From: Acaryochloris thomasi RCC1774
GTDB lineage: Bacteria; Cyanobacteriota; Cyanobacteriia; Thermosynechococcales; Thermosynechococcaceae
Length of the DNA: 32,000 bases
NCBI RefSeq assembly: GCF_003231495.1
Contig: NZ_PQWO01000004.1
Span: forward strand, 150,001 to 182,000
Reading direction: 5' to 3'
In this document: positions 18,635 through 26,021 of the stretch, piece after piece
How positions within the stretch are numbered: position 1 is the stretch's first letter
Layout of the letters: every line of letters starts with the position of its first letter
Notes under the pieces: generated by a model
Told to the model about the DNA's origin: nothing
The model's database searches: none
Seen by the model: only the letters and a program-made list of their open reading frames with translations
Position numbers and translations under genes: made by a program

Positions 18635-19735
18635 CTATGCGGGGGCAATACCCTGCTGCAGGTGACGACGCACGGCTGCTTTTTCGAGTAAGCCGACGAG
18701 GGCACCGCTTTCTTTAACCACCGCTAGCACCTGCATTTTTTCTTGATCAAACAGCGTCACGATATCGAGCAAGGATTGACTGTCCTGAACCACCTTGGGT
18801 AGTTCTGCGGTGGGGGACAGAATTTCCTGAACCGGGACTTGAGGCCATTGAGAGGTGGGGACAGTTTTCAATTGCTCTAGATCAACCAAGCCGACTAACT
18901 GGCCCTGTTCATCAGTGACTAGAAATTCTTTGACTTTGCCCTGGAAAGGAATGGCTTGATTGGCAAGCTGACGAAGGGAGTCGTTGCGGCCAATCACAAG
19001 GTGGCCTTCTGCGACCACGTCAGCGACGGTGTACTTGCTCAGAGCCTCCTGAACTTTGGACGACTGAAGCGCGCGACCGGCGTTCTGCAACAGGAACCAG
19101 CCAATTAACAAATTCCAGAAGCTGATGGTAACGACACCGGAGATCATGGCGACGTAGGCCACAACTTGTCCGGCGCGAGCTGCAACTCGGATGCCGCGAT
19201 AGCGATTGCCGGTAAACTTCCAGACTGCAGCTTTAAGGACATTACCGCCATCGAGCGGTAGGCCAGGAATCATGTTGAAGAGCGCTAGGTATAGATTGAC
19301 CGTCGCTAATAGTCCGATGACGGCGGCGATTGGGCCAGAGATGGGGAGGGCGAGACCGGCGAAGTTGAGTAAGCCCCACAGTGCGATGCTGACGGCTGGA
19401 CCTGCGATCGCAACTGCAAATGCTTCCAGCGGAGTCTTGGACTCTTCTTCTAAACTGGCGAGTCCCCCAAACAGAAACAGCGTAATCGACTTCACCTCAA
19501 TACCCTGTTGCATGGCAACAAGACTGTGGCCTAACTCGTGGGCCAGCACCGAACCAAACAGCAATACGGCAGCACCCAGACCCAAGGCCCACGGCGCAAC
19601 ACCCGTTAACGCTGGGAATTGAGAAGCGAGGCCGTTGCCGTAGCTCCAGGTCACCAACAGCAGCACGAGAAACCATGATGCATTGAGGTAAAAGGGGATG
19701 CCAAACAGGCTACCCAACCGAAAATTACCGTTCAT
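18635..19735 (-). CDS. Site-2 protease family (M50) zinc metalloprotease with C-terminal CBS pair
   Basis: Motifs HELGHS and NMIPGLPLDGG, several TMs, and two CBS-like repeats at the C-terminus. The track start at 19741 is TTG. The ATG at 19735 sits 8 nt after an AGGAG Shine-Dalgarno. Confidence 0.85.
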   Translation of the reverse strand: MNGNFRLGSLFGIPFYLNASWFLVLLLVTWSYGNGLASQFPALTGVAPWALGLGAAVLLFGSVLAHELGHSLVAMQQGIEVKSITLFLFGGLASLEEESKTPLEAFAVAIAGPAVSIALWGLLNFAGLALPISGPIAAVIGLLATVNLYLALFNMIPGLPLDGGNVLKAAVWKFTGNRYRGIRVAARAGQVVAYVAMISGVVTISFWNLLIGWFLLQNAGRALQSSKVQEALSKYTVADVVAEGHLVIGRNDSLRQLANQAIPFQGKVKEFLVTDEQGQLVGLVDLEQLKTVPTSQWPQVPVQEILSPTAELPKVVQDSQSLLDIVTLFDQEKMQVLAVVKESGALVGLLEKAAVRRHLQQGIAPA

Positions 19736-19909
19736 TATCAAAACTCCTGATCGTTCTAGGAGTCACAGCTGCGGGCTAAAAACCTAACGGCAATCTGAAC
19801 TCCTTGCTCACAATTGTAACGAAACATGAACAACAGCCTGCTCGTACTAACCGAACTTGCGCAGGTCGGTTTCCCAATGAAGGCAGAATACTGAAAAGGG
19901 CGATCCGCC

Positions 19910-20359
19910 TTAATGGTGCATTTTGTGATCTTGAGCTTCGCCTTGAGGGGCAGCCTCTATTGAATGCACATGGGGCTTAACGAGACTCATTGTTTGCTGC
20001 CCCAGACTGATAAGTCCCATTGACACCAGGCCAGAGCTGAGGACGCCCATCGACACCAACCCAATCGAAACGACTCCCATTGAAATTACGCCAATGGAGA
20101 TTACGCCGTGGGTCGATACACCCAGCGCAACAAAGCCGTGGGCTGAGATGCCAATGGCAACGCGCCCATGTGCCTCAATGCCAATTGAAAGCCATGGAAG
20201 CTTCTTCTGAGCCGGTGTGATTTGAGTTGTGGGTTGCACTGACAACGAGTCCTGTAGGGAAGTGGGTGTGGTGTCGCGCCTGACATGCGGTGAACCCCGA
20301 GTCGATAGGGGACTTTTTGGACGAGATTCGCTGCAGGCAAAGTACGACAGAGATGGCAT
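19910..20359 (-). CDS. Hypothetical His/Met-rich protein built from 10-aa (30-nt) Gly-zipper-like repeats; true start uncertain (GTG at 20239 possible)
   Basis: 149-aa ORF. Residues 61-120 are six in-register decamers (IEAHGRVAIG ISAHGFVALG VSTHGVISIG VISMGVVSIG LVSMGVLSSG LVSMGLISLG), followed by a His-rich tail KPHVHS...DHKMHH. The N-terminal 50 aa are S/T/P/R-rich and may not be translated. Confidence 0.45.
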   Translation of the reverse strand: MPSLSYFACSESRPKSPLSTRGSPHVRRDTTPTSLQDSLSVQPTTQITPAQKKLPWLSIGIEAHGRVAIGISAHGFVALGVSTHGVISIGVISMGVVSIGLVSMGVLSSGLVSMGLISLGQQTMSLVKPHVHSIEAAPQGEAQDHKMHH

Positions 20360-20523
20360 GGCCTGCCTTCAGGGAAACAGACTGTACCATTGTTCGTCAA
20401 ACGACAGGCTGTCGAACTGCTGCGGGTTTGACCGTTGCGAAGAGGGGACTATCCATTCAGCTTTTTGGAAGGGTCGGTTGGCAGCTTCGTTATTCTGAGA
20501 CTCCAATGATGCCCCCTGATCGC

Positions 20524-20627
20524 CCGTTTCAATGGCGTCAATATCCTCCTGCATTATTCTGCAAGCGGTACGCTGGTCTCTTCGTTATCAACTCAGCTCT
20601 AGGGCAGTAGCTGAGATGCTTGGAGAG
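20524..20627 (+). mobile_element. Frameshifted N-terminal remnant of an IS6-family-like transposase
   Basis: PFQWRQYPP (20524-20550) and IILQAVRWSLRYQLSSRAVAEMLGE (20553-20627) are separated by 2 nt, so they are out of frame. Joined, they match the IS6/IS26-type N-terminus F-K-G-R-H-F-x-x-x-I-I-L-x-A-V-R-W-Y-x-x-Y-x-x-S-x-R-x-x-x-E-M-L-x-E-R-G. No DDE domain follows. Confidence 0.45.
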
Positions 20628-21144
20628 TTGCTATCTCGCATCAGCCAAATTCTTCATGCCTTTCGCAATCTCATCCCATTGGGTGAGAAAGAGATCATCC
20701 AACTGGAGATGCACATCATTAAAAAGCCCAGGCACTATGTAGATATAGATGTCACCCAATTATCACTGGCTTAAGTCAATGATATCTGCATTTTTGGGTA
20801 ACACATATCATCACTAAAACCCTGGCCGTTGAGCTGGGGTTCTTTATTTAGCAACTTGTTCCTGTCTACACATCAGCCCATCGTTGCCTCTTATTGTGCG
20901 GGTTTTGTTGCGAAGATCGAAACAAGCACGAGCTCCAATGAGCGAGTCCTAATGCCTGAACGCCATCTGTAGCGTTTTCGAGCATCCGTGCAACGGAACC
21001 CTGTTGACGTCACGCTGCTTGGATAGCACTGATGGGGTTACGCTTGACGTATGCCAATCACCCCCCAAGCCTTTGCTCAATGCATTAAAGTGAAGCCACG
21101 GCGAAGCGCTCAACAGACGGTTCGCTATCGGCTAGGCACCACCG

Positions 21145-21816
21145 ATGGAACGACTATCTCGCTCAGGGAGTGAACCCTTGGATCCTCGAACTGAACTGAA
21201 GCAAGAACTACACGCAAGCCTGCACAAACTGCAGCACGTCACGAGGCCAGAGGCTCCGATTACTGACCTAGAGATACCGGAAGAGGAGCATCAGTCCCTC
21301 AATTCACTCTCTCAATCTTTAGAAGAACTAGCGCCCTACCCACATCCGCTCACCAATGAAGAAGCGCTAAAGCACATAGATGGTACATGGCTGCTGCGCT
21401 ATTCCAATGCCCGTGAAATTCGATCTCTATCGTCTCTGCCCGTAGGGTTGACCGTGGGTAAGGTCTACCAAATTATTGATGTAGCCTCCACTTCTTTCGA
21501 GAATAAAGCCTATGTGAAGCATCCGTTGGGCTTTATCACAGGCTACGTTCGCATTACCGCGACTTTTGAACCTAAGCCCGAGGCAGAAGGAACGGTTCGT
21601 GATCGATGTATAAACGTATATTTCAAGAAGCGCTCTCTCAATATCCAAACGTTGCTGGGGTTCAAAACTCCTAACTTAGAACCTCTCAAGGTTTTTGATG
21701 CTGAGACGCCTGAGGATAGAATCCCCAGTTTAGATATCACCTATCTCGATGAAGATCTGAGAATTGGCCGTGGCGGAGACGGCAGCTTGTTTATTTTGGT
21801 CCGGGAAGTCAGTTAA
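21145..21816 (+). CDS. PAP/fibrillin (plastoglobulin-like) family protein
   Basis: 223 aa. IDGTWLLRYSN...GKVYQIID...F.N...., with the C-terminal LDITYLDEDLRIGRGGDGSLFILV typical of fibrillins. Confidence 0.8.
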   Translation: MERLSRSGSEPLDPRTELKQELHASLHKLQHVTRPEAPITDLEIPEEEHQSLNSLSQSLEELAPYPHPLTNEEALKHIDGTWLLRYSNAREIRSLSSLPVGLTVGKVYQIIDVASTSFENKAYVKHPLGFITGYVRITATFEPKPEAEGTVRDRCINVYFKKRSLNIQTLLGFKTPNLEPLKVFDAETPEDRIPSLDITYLDEDLRIGRGGDGSLFILVREVS

Positions 21817-21868
21817 GTCGTTGCGCTCTAGTTACCGTTCTTCGATCTCACAAATTTGTAAATAGCCC

Positions 21869-21899
21869 TTGCACCTCACGTAACGTCAGGTTCTAGGAT
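21869..21899 (+). promoter_or_regulatory. MerR-type promoter: -35 TTGCAC, 19-bp spacer with an imperfect dyad, -10 TAGGAT
   Basis: TTGCAC is at 21869-21874, the spacer at 21875-21893 (19 nt) and TAGGAT at 21894-21899. The dyad cctcacgt-a-acgtcagg (21874-21890) pairs 7 of 8 positions. It lies 54 nt upstream of the ATG of a MerR-family gene. Confidence 0.45.
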
Positions 21900-21952
21900 G
21901 AGCGCATCAACCGTATTTCTTGGGTAAAGCGGAGCTGAGCGTGTCTAAGTCT

Positions 21953-23143
21953 ATGAAGATTGGCGAACTGGCCCAACAGGTCGGACTCTCCATTCGCACA
22001 CTGCACTACTACGACGAAATTGGTCTGCTCTCCCCCTCAGATCGAACGGAGGCAGGGCATCGACTTTATCGCGATCACGATATCATCCGGCTGCAGAAAG
22101 TCATTTCGCTGCAGCAGTTAGGCTTTGCGCTCAAAGAGATCCGTGAGTGTTTGGAGAATCCTGACTTTGCGCTGCCGCAGGTGATTAATCTGCATCGGGC
22201 GCGGCTGCGAGAGCAGATGGCCTTGTCGCGGACTTTGTTGGATCGACTGGATGCGATCGCAACCCAGCTCCAAACGACCCAATCGATTGCGGTTGAGAAC
22301 CTAATTCAAGCAATGGAGACGATTACTATGACGACACAATATTTCACCCCAGAACAGCAAGCCATTCTAGAGGCACGATTCGAGAAACGGGCAGTAGAGT
22401 GGCAAGATCTGCTAACCGAAATCCGAGCTGAGATGAATAGGGGCACAGAGGTCAACGATCCGAATGTGCAGCGCTTGGCTGGAGCTTGGCGCGCAAATAT
22501 GGCCTCCCTGATTCATGGCGATCGCCAAATTTACGAATCGTTTGTCAAGATGTATCAGCACGAGGGATCTGAGACGGCAGGCATAGGAGCATTAGATAAC
22601 GACACGTTTGAGTACATCTCGAAGGCCGTTTCTTTCCTTTCCCTCGCGGAAGACATGGATTTTGTGGTCACGTTTAAGCGCTTCAATGTAGAGGCCAATC
22701 AAGTTATTGCTGTGGGGCAACAGGCTATCCGTGAGCTGAACTTCAATTTCTTTGGCACCGAAGGCATGCTGCTCGGATTGCTGGCCGAAGGTAAGAGCGT
22801 GGCGGCTCAAGTGCTCATGGATGCGGGCGTCAGCTTTGGTACAACTCAGCAGGTGATCCAAGAATGGCTGGCATCTTCAGCGATTCTGCCTGAAGATATG
22901 CCTGAGCAATTGGGGTTTGCCCCCAGAGCCTACCGAGTGATGGAGCTAGCCCTCGAAGCCTTGAACCAAAGTGCGGCTCAACAACCTGCAGGGCCAGTCC
23001 GCGCCAATCCGGGGCACTTGCTGCTGGGCATTTTGCTCGAAGCTCAGGAAGGTGGCGGCGTCGCCAGCAAGATCCTGACAGATGTATTTGGCCTTGATCT
23101 GATTCAGCTTGAGCAGCAGCTTAGAACGGCGATGGTGCGGTAA
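21953..23143 (+). CDS. MerR-family regulator with TipAS-like central domain fused to a C-terminal double Clp_N (ClpA/B/C N-terminal) repeat
   Basis: The MerR HTH is MKIGELAQQVGLSIRTLHYYDEIGLL...GHRLY. The TipAS-like segment is FTPEQQAILEARF...W..L..EI...M. The C-terminal FKRFNVEANQVIAVGQQAIRELNFNFFGTEGMLLGLLAEGKSVAAQVLMDAGV...FAPRAYRVMELALEA...PGHLLLGILLEAQEGGGVASKILTDVFGLD aligns with both Clp_N repeats of ClpC. The frame is continuous with no stop. The track start at 21920 is TTG; the ATG at 21953 is preferred. Confidence 0.8.
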   Translation: MKIGELAQQVGLSIRTLHYYDEIGLLSPSDRTEAGHRLYRDHDIIRLQKVISLQQLGFALKEIRECLENPDFALPQVINLHRARLREQMALSRTLLDRLDAIATQLQTTQSIAVENLIQAMETITMTTQYFTPEQQAILEARFEKRAVEWQDLLTEIRAEMNRGTEVNDPNVQRLAGAWRANMASLIHGDRQIYESFVKMYQHEGSETAGIGALDNDTFEYISKAVSFLSLAEDMDFVVTFKRFNVEANQVIAVGQQAIRELNFNFFGTEGMLLGLLAEGKSVAAQVLMDAGVSFGTTQQVIQEWLASSAILPEDMPEQLGFAPRAYRVMELALEALNQSAAQQPAGPVRANPGHLLLGILLEAQEGGGVASKILTDVFGLDLIQLEQQLRTAMVR

Positions 23144-23318
23144 CGGCATCGAAGAAAATTTTACCAATGGCTGCCGAGGCTATCTTGATTATCCCTAGTG
23201 CAATCACCTTCGACATCATTTTTCCAAGCTAATTCAGCGACAGTACAATGAGAACCGGGAGCCTTAGAGTAGAGGTAAGCCCTGACGACCTGACCCTTGT
23301 CATCAGGAGTCCACTCAT

Positions 23319-23654
23319 ATGTTTGTGATTAGATTCGGTGGGACAGCGATGCTGTTGCTATCTTTCTGGGCTGTTCCACCTTCAGCATTTTCCACACCTG
23401 TTCAGCCTCAGTTGGGCCAGCATCGGAATCGGCACAAGCTTTACATGCAGCGTCATAATCAGCGCAGGCTGCAGCAACAGCTGAATCGGCACCGCCAGAT
23501 TCGCAACAGACAGCAACAGCAAATCCGGCTTAACCTTGAGCAGCAGCGAGAACGATCGCAACAAAGGCTGCGGGTTCTAAAAAAAGAAAATCGACGGCAG
23601 TCCAAGCAAGATTTAGAACGACTGCAGAGAAGGCTGGGAACAAGTTCACCATAG
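23319..23654 (+). CDS. Hypothetical secreted, extremely Q/R-rich basic protein
   Basis: 111-aa ORF with signal-like MFVIRFGGTAMLLLSFWAVPPSAFS, then roughly 85 aa dominated by Q, R, N and L (QQQLNRHRQIRNRQQQQIRLNLEQQRERSQQRLR). The low complexity makes coding status uncertain. Confidence 0.35.
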   Translation: MFVIRFGGTAMLLLSFWAVPPSAFSTPVQPQLGQHRNRHKLYMQRHNQRRLQQQLNRHRQIRNRQQQQIRLNLEQQRERSQQRLRVLKKENRRQSKQDLERLQRRLGTSSP

Positions 23655-23856
23655 ACGCGCCCAGGCATTATCGACGAATAGGATAGTCTTCCTTAAATAG
23701 TGCAAATCCATAGCGTGTATTGAGACCATTCGCTTTCCTCACAACTCCCTCAAGTTTGTGTTGCAAGATTTTGTGATAAAAGCGTCCACCTCAATCGCTC
23801 TTGCAGGAAAGTAGACTTTAGATAAGTGCTGAGATTTCTCAAAGCAGGTCGTGATT

Positions 23857-24531
23857 ATGGATCGGTCAGTTAAATTTTGGGACAAAATTGCAGAACGCTA
23901 CTCAAAACAACCCATTGCTGACGAAGCGGCTTATCAGAAGAAGCTGCAGGTCACGCAGGAATACCTGCAACCGGAGATGGAGGTACTGGAGCTAGGCTGC
24001 GGTACGGGATCGACCGCCATTATCCATGCTCCTTATGTAAAGCATATTCAAGCCATTGATGTTTCATCAAAAATGCTTGCGATCGCTCAAAGCAAGGCTG
24101 ATGCAAAAGATATCGGCAATATAACTTTTAAGCAAGCTGCCGTTGATGAGTTCAGTGCGCCTGATCAAACCTTCGATGCCGTGTTAGGACTTAGTCTTTT
24201 GCATTTGCTAGAAAACAAAGAAGAGGTGATCGCCAAGGTTCATCGAATGCTCAAACCAGACGGGATCTTTGTCACCAACACCGTCTGCCTGGGCGATACG
24301 ATGGCGTGGTTCAAATTGATTGCACCGATTGGCAAGTTCTTCGGATTTTTCCCTTTGGTTAAAGTCTTTACGGTGAAGGATTTAGAGAATAGTTTAACTG
24401 ACGCTAGCTTTTATATTGACTACCAATGGCAGCCGGATACAGCCAAGGTTGGGTTCATCGTAGCAAAGGCTGTGTTTATCGTGGCAAAGAAGGCGGAGTC
24501 TGAAATGGGAGACAGGGAAAATAGCATATAG
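23857..24531 (+). CDS. Class I SAM-dependent methyltransferase
   Basis: Motif I VLELGCGTGS, a post-I acidic residue (AIDVS), and motif LKPDGIFV. The track start is a GTG at 23851, with an ATG at 23857. Confidence 0.8.
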   Translation: MDRSVKFWDKIAERYSKQPIADEAAYQKKLQVTQEYLQPEMEVLELGCGTGSTAIIHAPYVKHIQAIDVSSKMLAIAQSKADAKDIGNITFKQAAVDEFSAPDQTFDAVLGLSLLHLLENKEEVIAKVHRMLKPDGIFVTNTVCLGDTMAWFKLIAPIGKFFGFFPLVKVFTVKDLENSLTDASFYIDYQWQPDTAKVGFIVAKAVFIVAKKAESEMGDRENSI

Positions 24532-24602
24532 GATCAACAGATTACCGCCAACGACCTTGATTTCAGGCCTGCACAGTCGGCAACACCAGTGCATCCTTTT
24601 TC

Positions 24603-25154
24603 TTAAGCATCCTTCTTGATACGGTACTTTAGCTGGGTGAACCCAAACTTGTACTGTTTTGTGTCAACACAGGACAGATGTATATCGGCACCCAACGAGC
24701 CAAATAATGGGATACCCTTGCCCAGTAGGATTGGAATGACCGTTATCGTTAATTCATCAACAAGCCCCGCTGAGAGGAACCGCTGAACCGTATTGCCACC
24801 GTCAACGTAAATATGACGGATGCCGTCACGCGATAGTCGTTCGCATAACGTATGTGGGTCTTCAGAAGAGTGCGTAACCGTGGCCGGGATTGTCTCCGGG
24901 AACAAAATTGCAGTTCTGCTCAATACGATCACTTTTGTTTGGCCGTAGGGCCACGCGCCGAATGAAAGGACTTTTTCATAAGTCTTGCGCCCCATAATCA
25001 GGAGGTCGACAGTCTGCATAAAGGATTGATAGCCGCAATCTTCACCAGCAGGCACCTTGGCTTGGGCAGCATCAAGCCAATCAAGGTCACCGTTGGTGCG
25101 TGCGATATAGCCATCGAGGCTCGTTGCAATAAAAACGGAAACTTTTGGACGCAT
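24603..25154 (-). CDS. Dihydrofolate reductase family protein (RibD C-terminal-domain type)
   Basis: 183 aa. The N-terminus KVSVFIATSLDGYIA...G...W and the later GG..V...FL..GLVDEL....P.LLG are typical of the RibD_C/DHFR-like family. Confidence 0.8.
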   Translation of the reverse strand: MRPKVSVFIATSLDGYIARTNGDLDWLDAAQAKVPAGEDCGYQSFMQTVDLLIMGRKTYEKVLSFGAWPYGQTKVIVLSRTAILFPETIPATVTHSSEDPHTLCERLSRDGIRHIYVDGGNTVQRFLSAGLVDELTITVIPILLGKGIPLFGSLGADIHLSCVDTKQYKFGFTQLKYRIKKDA

Positions 25155-25193
25155 GGGTTACCGTTTGCTGTTATCTAAGTTTGATATTGGTCC

Positions 25194-26021
25194 TTAATCC
25201 TGAGAACGCAGATGTTTGCCGTCATTTTTTAGCAGTAGCTCATCAGTGCAGCAGGGTAATAAAGGTTGATTCGCAATTTCATCAAGTTGGGCTTGCTTTA
25301 GTAAGTCAGCCCACGCTGTCTTCACTTGCGCATTTTTGGGGTACGTCTGACGAAGTTGAGCTAGAGTTGCGATCGCATCATGCCAAAGCCCATATTGAGC
25401 ATAGATCGCGACCTTTTCTAGCTCCGTTGCCTGTCCGATAGGCTCCTTGAGGCTGCTTGCTAGGGGCACGCGATAGATGGTGCCCTGTACAAACATCGTG
25501 GGATGACGAGGCGTAGCGGCAACAGCCAAAGTCCAGGTATAGCGCTTGTCGAACGCCAGCGCAGGCATCGACTCGGGTAAGCCAATTTGGACCAACCCCT
25601 GCGAAAACGAGGAAGGGAGCGTAAAGTTTGCTCTGTGGATGTAGCGATCATGCTCATCCTGAAGAACGAATTCAACAGGAGCAGACTCTAGCTCCGGCAT
25701 CATAAACCAGAGCACCGGGCGCTCCGCAGTTGTCAATCCCCAAACAAACTTTTCTTGATTGGGCCCCGTGGTTGCGGGTACCAGTGCCATTAATGGATAC
25801 ACGGACGGCAGGGCGCTCCCCCCGCGACTGGATCCACCTTTCTGACGCCCCTGGGGCGCTCTAGGATCTTTCGGAGGTGTCGGCAGAACCAACCGGAAGG
25901 CCGAGGAGCGATCGAGCGAAATCACGCTCTGAGCCTGTAAGCGGCTTGGCCAGGCCGCAGAACCGGCGACTAGCAGGCTGCCCGCTGCTAAACAATAAAT
26001 CAAGGACTGAGTGCGTTTCAT
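25194..26021 (-). CDS. Secreted DUF928 domain protein
   Basis: Signal peptide MKRTQSLIYCLAAGSLLVAGSAAWPSRLQAQS. It continues PPKDPRAPQGRQKGGSSRGG, LMALVP, GLTTAERPVLWFMMP, VEFVLQDE, KRYTWTLAV, VAIYAQYGLWHDAIATLAQL, the DUF928 pattern as I recall it. Its ATG overlaps the upstream stop (ATGA at 26018-26021). Confidence 0.75.
   Translation of the reverse strand: MKRTQSLIYCLAAGSLLVAGSAAWPSRLQAQSVISLDRSSAFRLVLPTPPKDPRAPQGRQKGGSSRGGSALPSVYPLMALVPATTGPNQEKFVWGLTTAERPVLWFMMPELESAPVEFVLQDEHDRYIHRANFTLPSSFSQGLVQIGLPESMPALAFDKRYTWTLAVAATPRHPTMFVQGTIYRVPLASSLKEPIGQATELEKVAIYAQYGLWHDAIATLAQLRQTYPKNAQVKTAWADLLKQAQLDEIANQPLLPCCTDELLLKNDGKHLRSQD

Noticed and set aside
19988-20197. The 30-nt periodic repeat considered as a possible CRISPR array or non-coding tandem repeat
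   Set aside because: There is no alternation of conserved repeats with unique spacers. The periodicity is in-frame within a long ORF, and variation is concentrated so as to preserve a Gly/small-residue pattern. It is therefore treated as a coding repeat.
20101-20610. Five overlapping 61-106-aa ORFs on both strands around 20101-20610
   Set aside because: They are mutually exclusive and featureless. Only two short pieces (20524-20550 and 20553-20627) show transposase-like sequence, and those are reported as a relic rather than a gene.
23382-23668. Minus-strand ORFs (60 and 69 aa, Cys/Arg/Leu-rich) opposite the Q/R-rich ORF
   Set aside because: They are the complement of CAG/CGN-rich low-complexity sequence. 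CCCCLL-type translations are implausible, and the + strand frame at least has a signal peptide.
24454-24489. Micro-duplication ttcatcgtagcaaag / tttatcgtggcaaag (FIVAK x2) at the 3' end of the methyltransferase gene
   Set aside because: It is real in the sequence, but it is a trivial in-frame slippage-type duplication in a non-conserved C-terminal tail. It has no evident functional implication.
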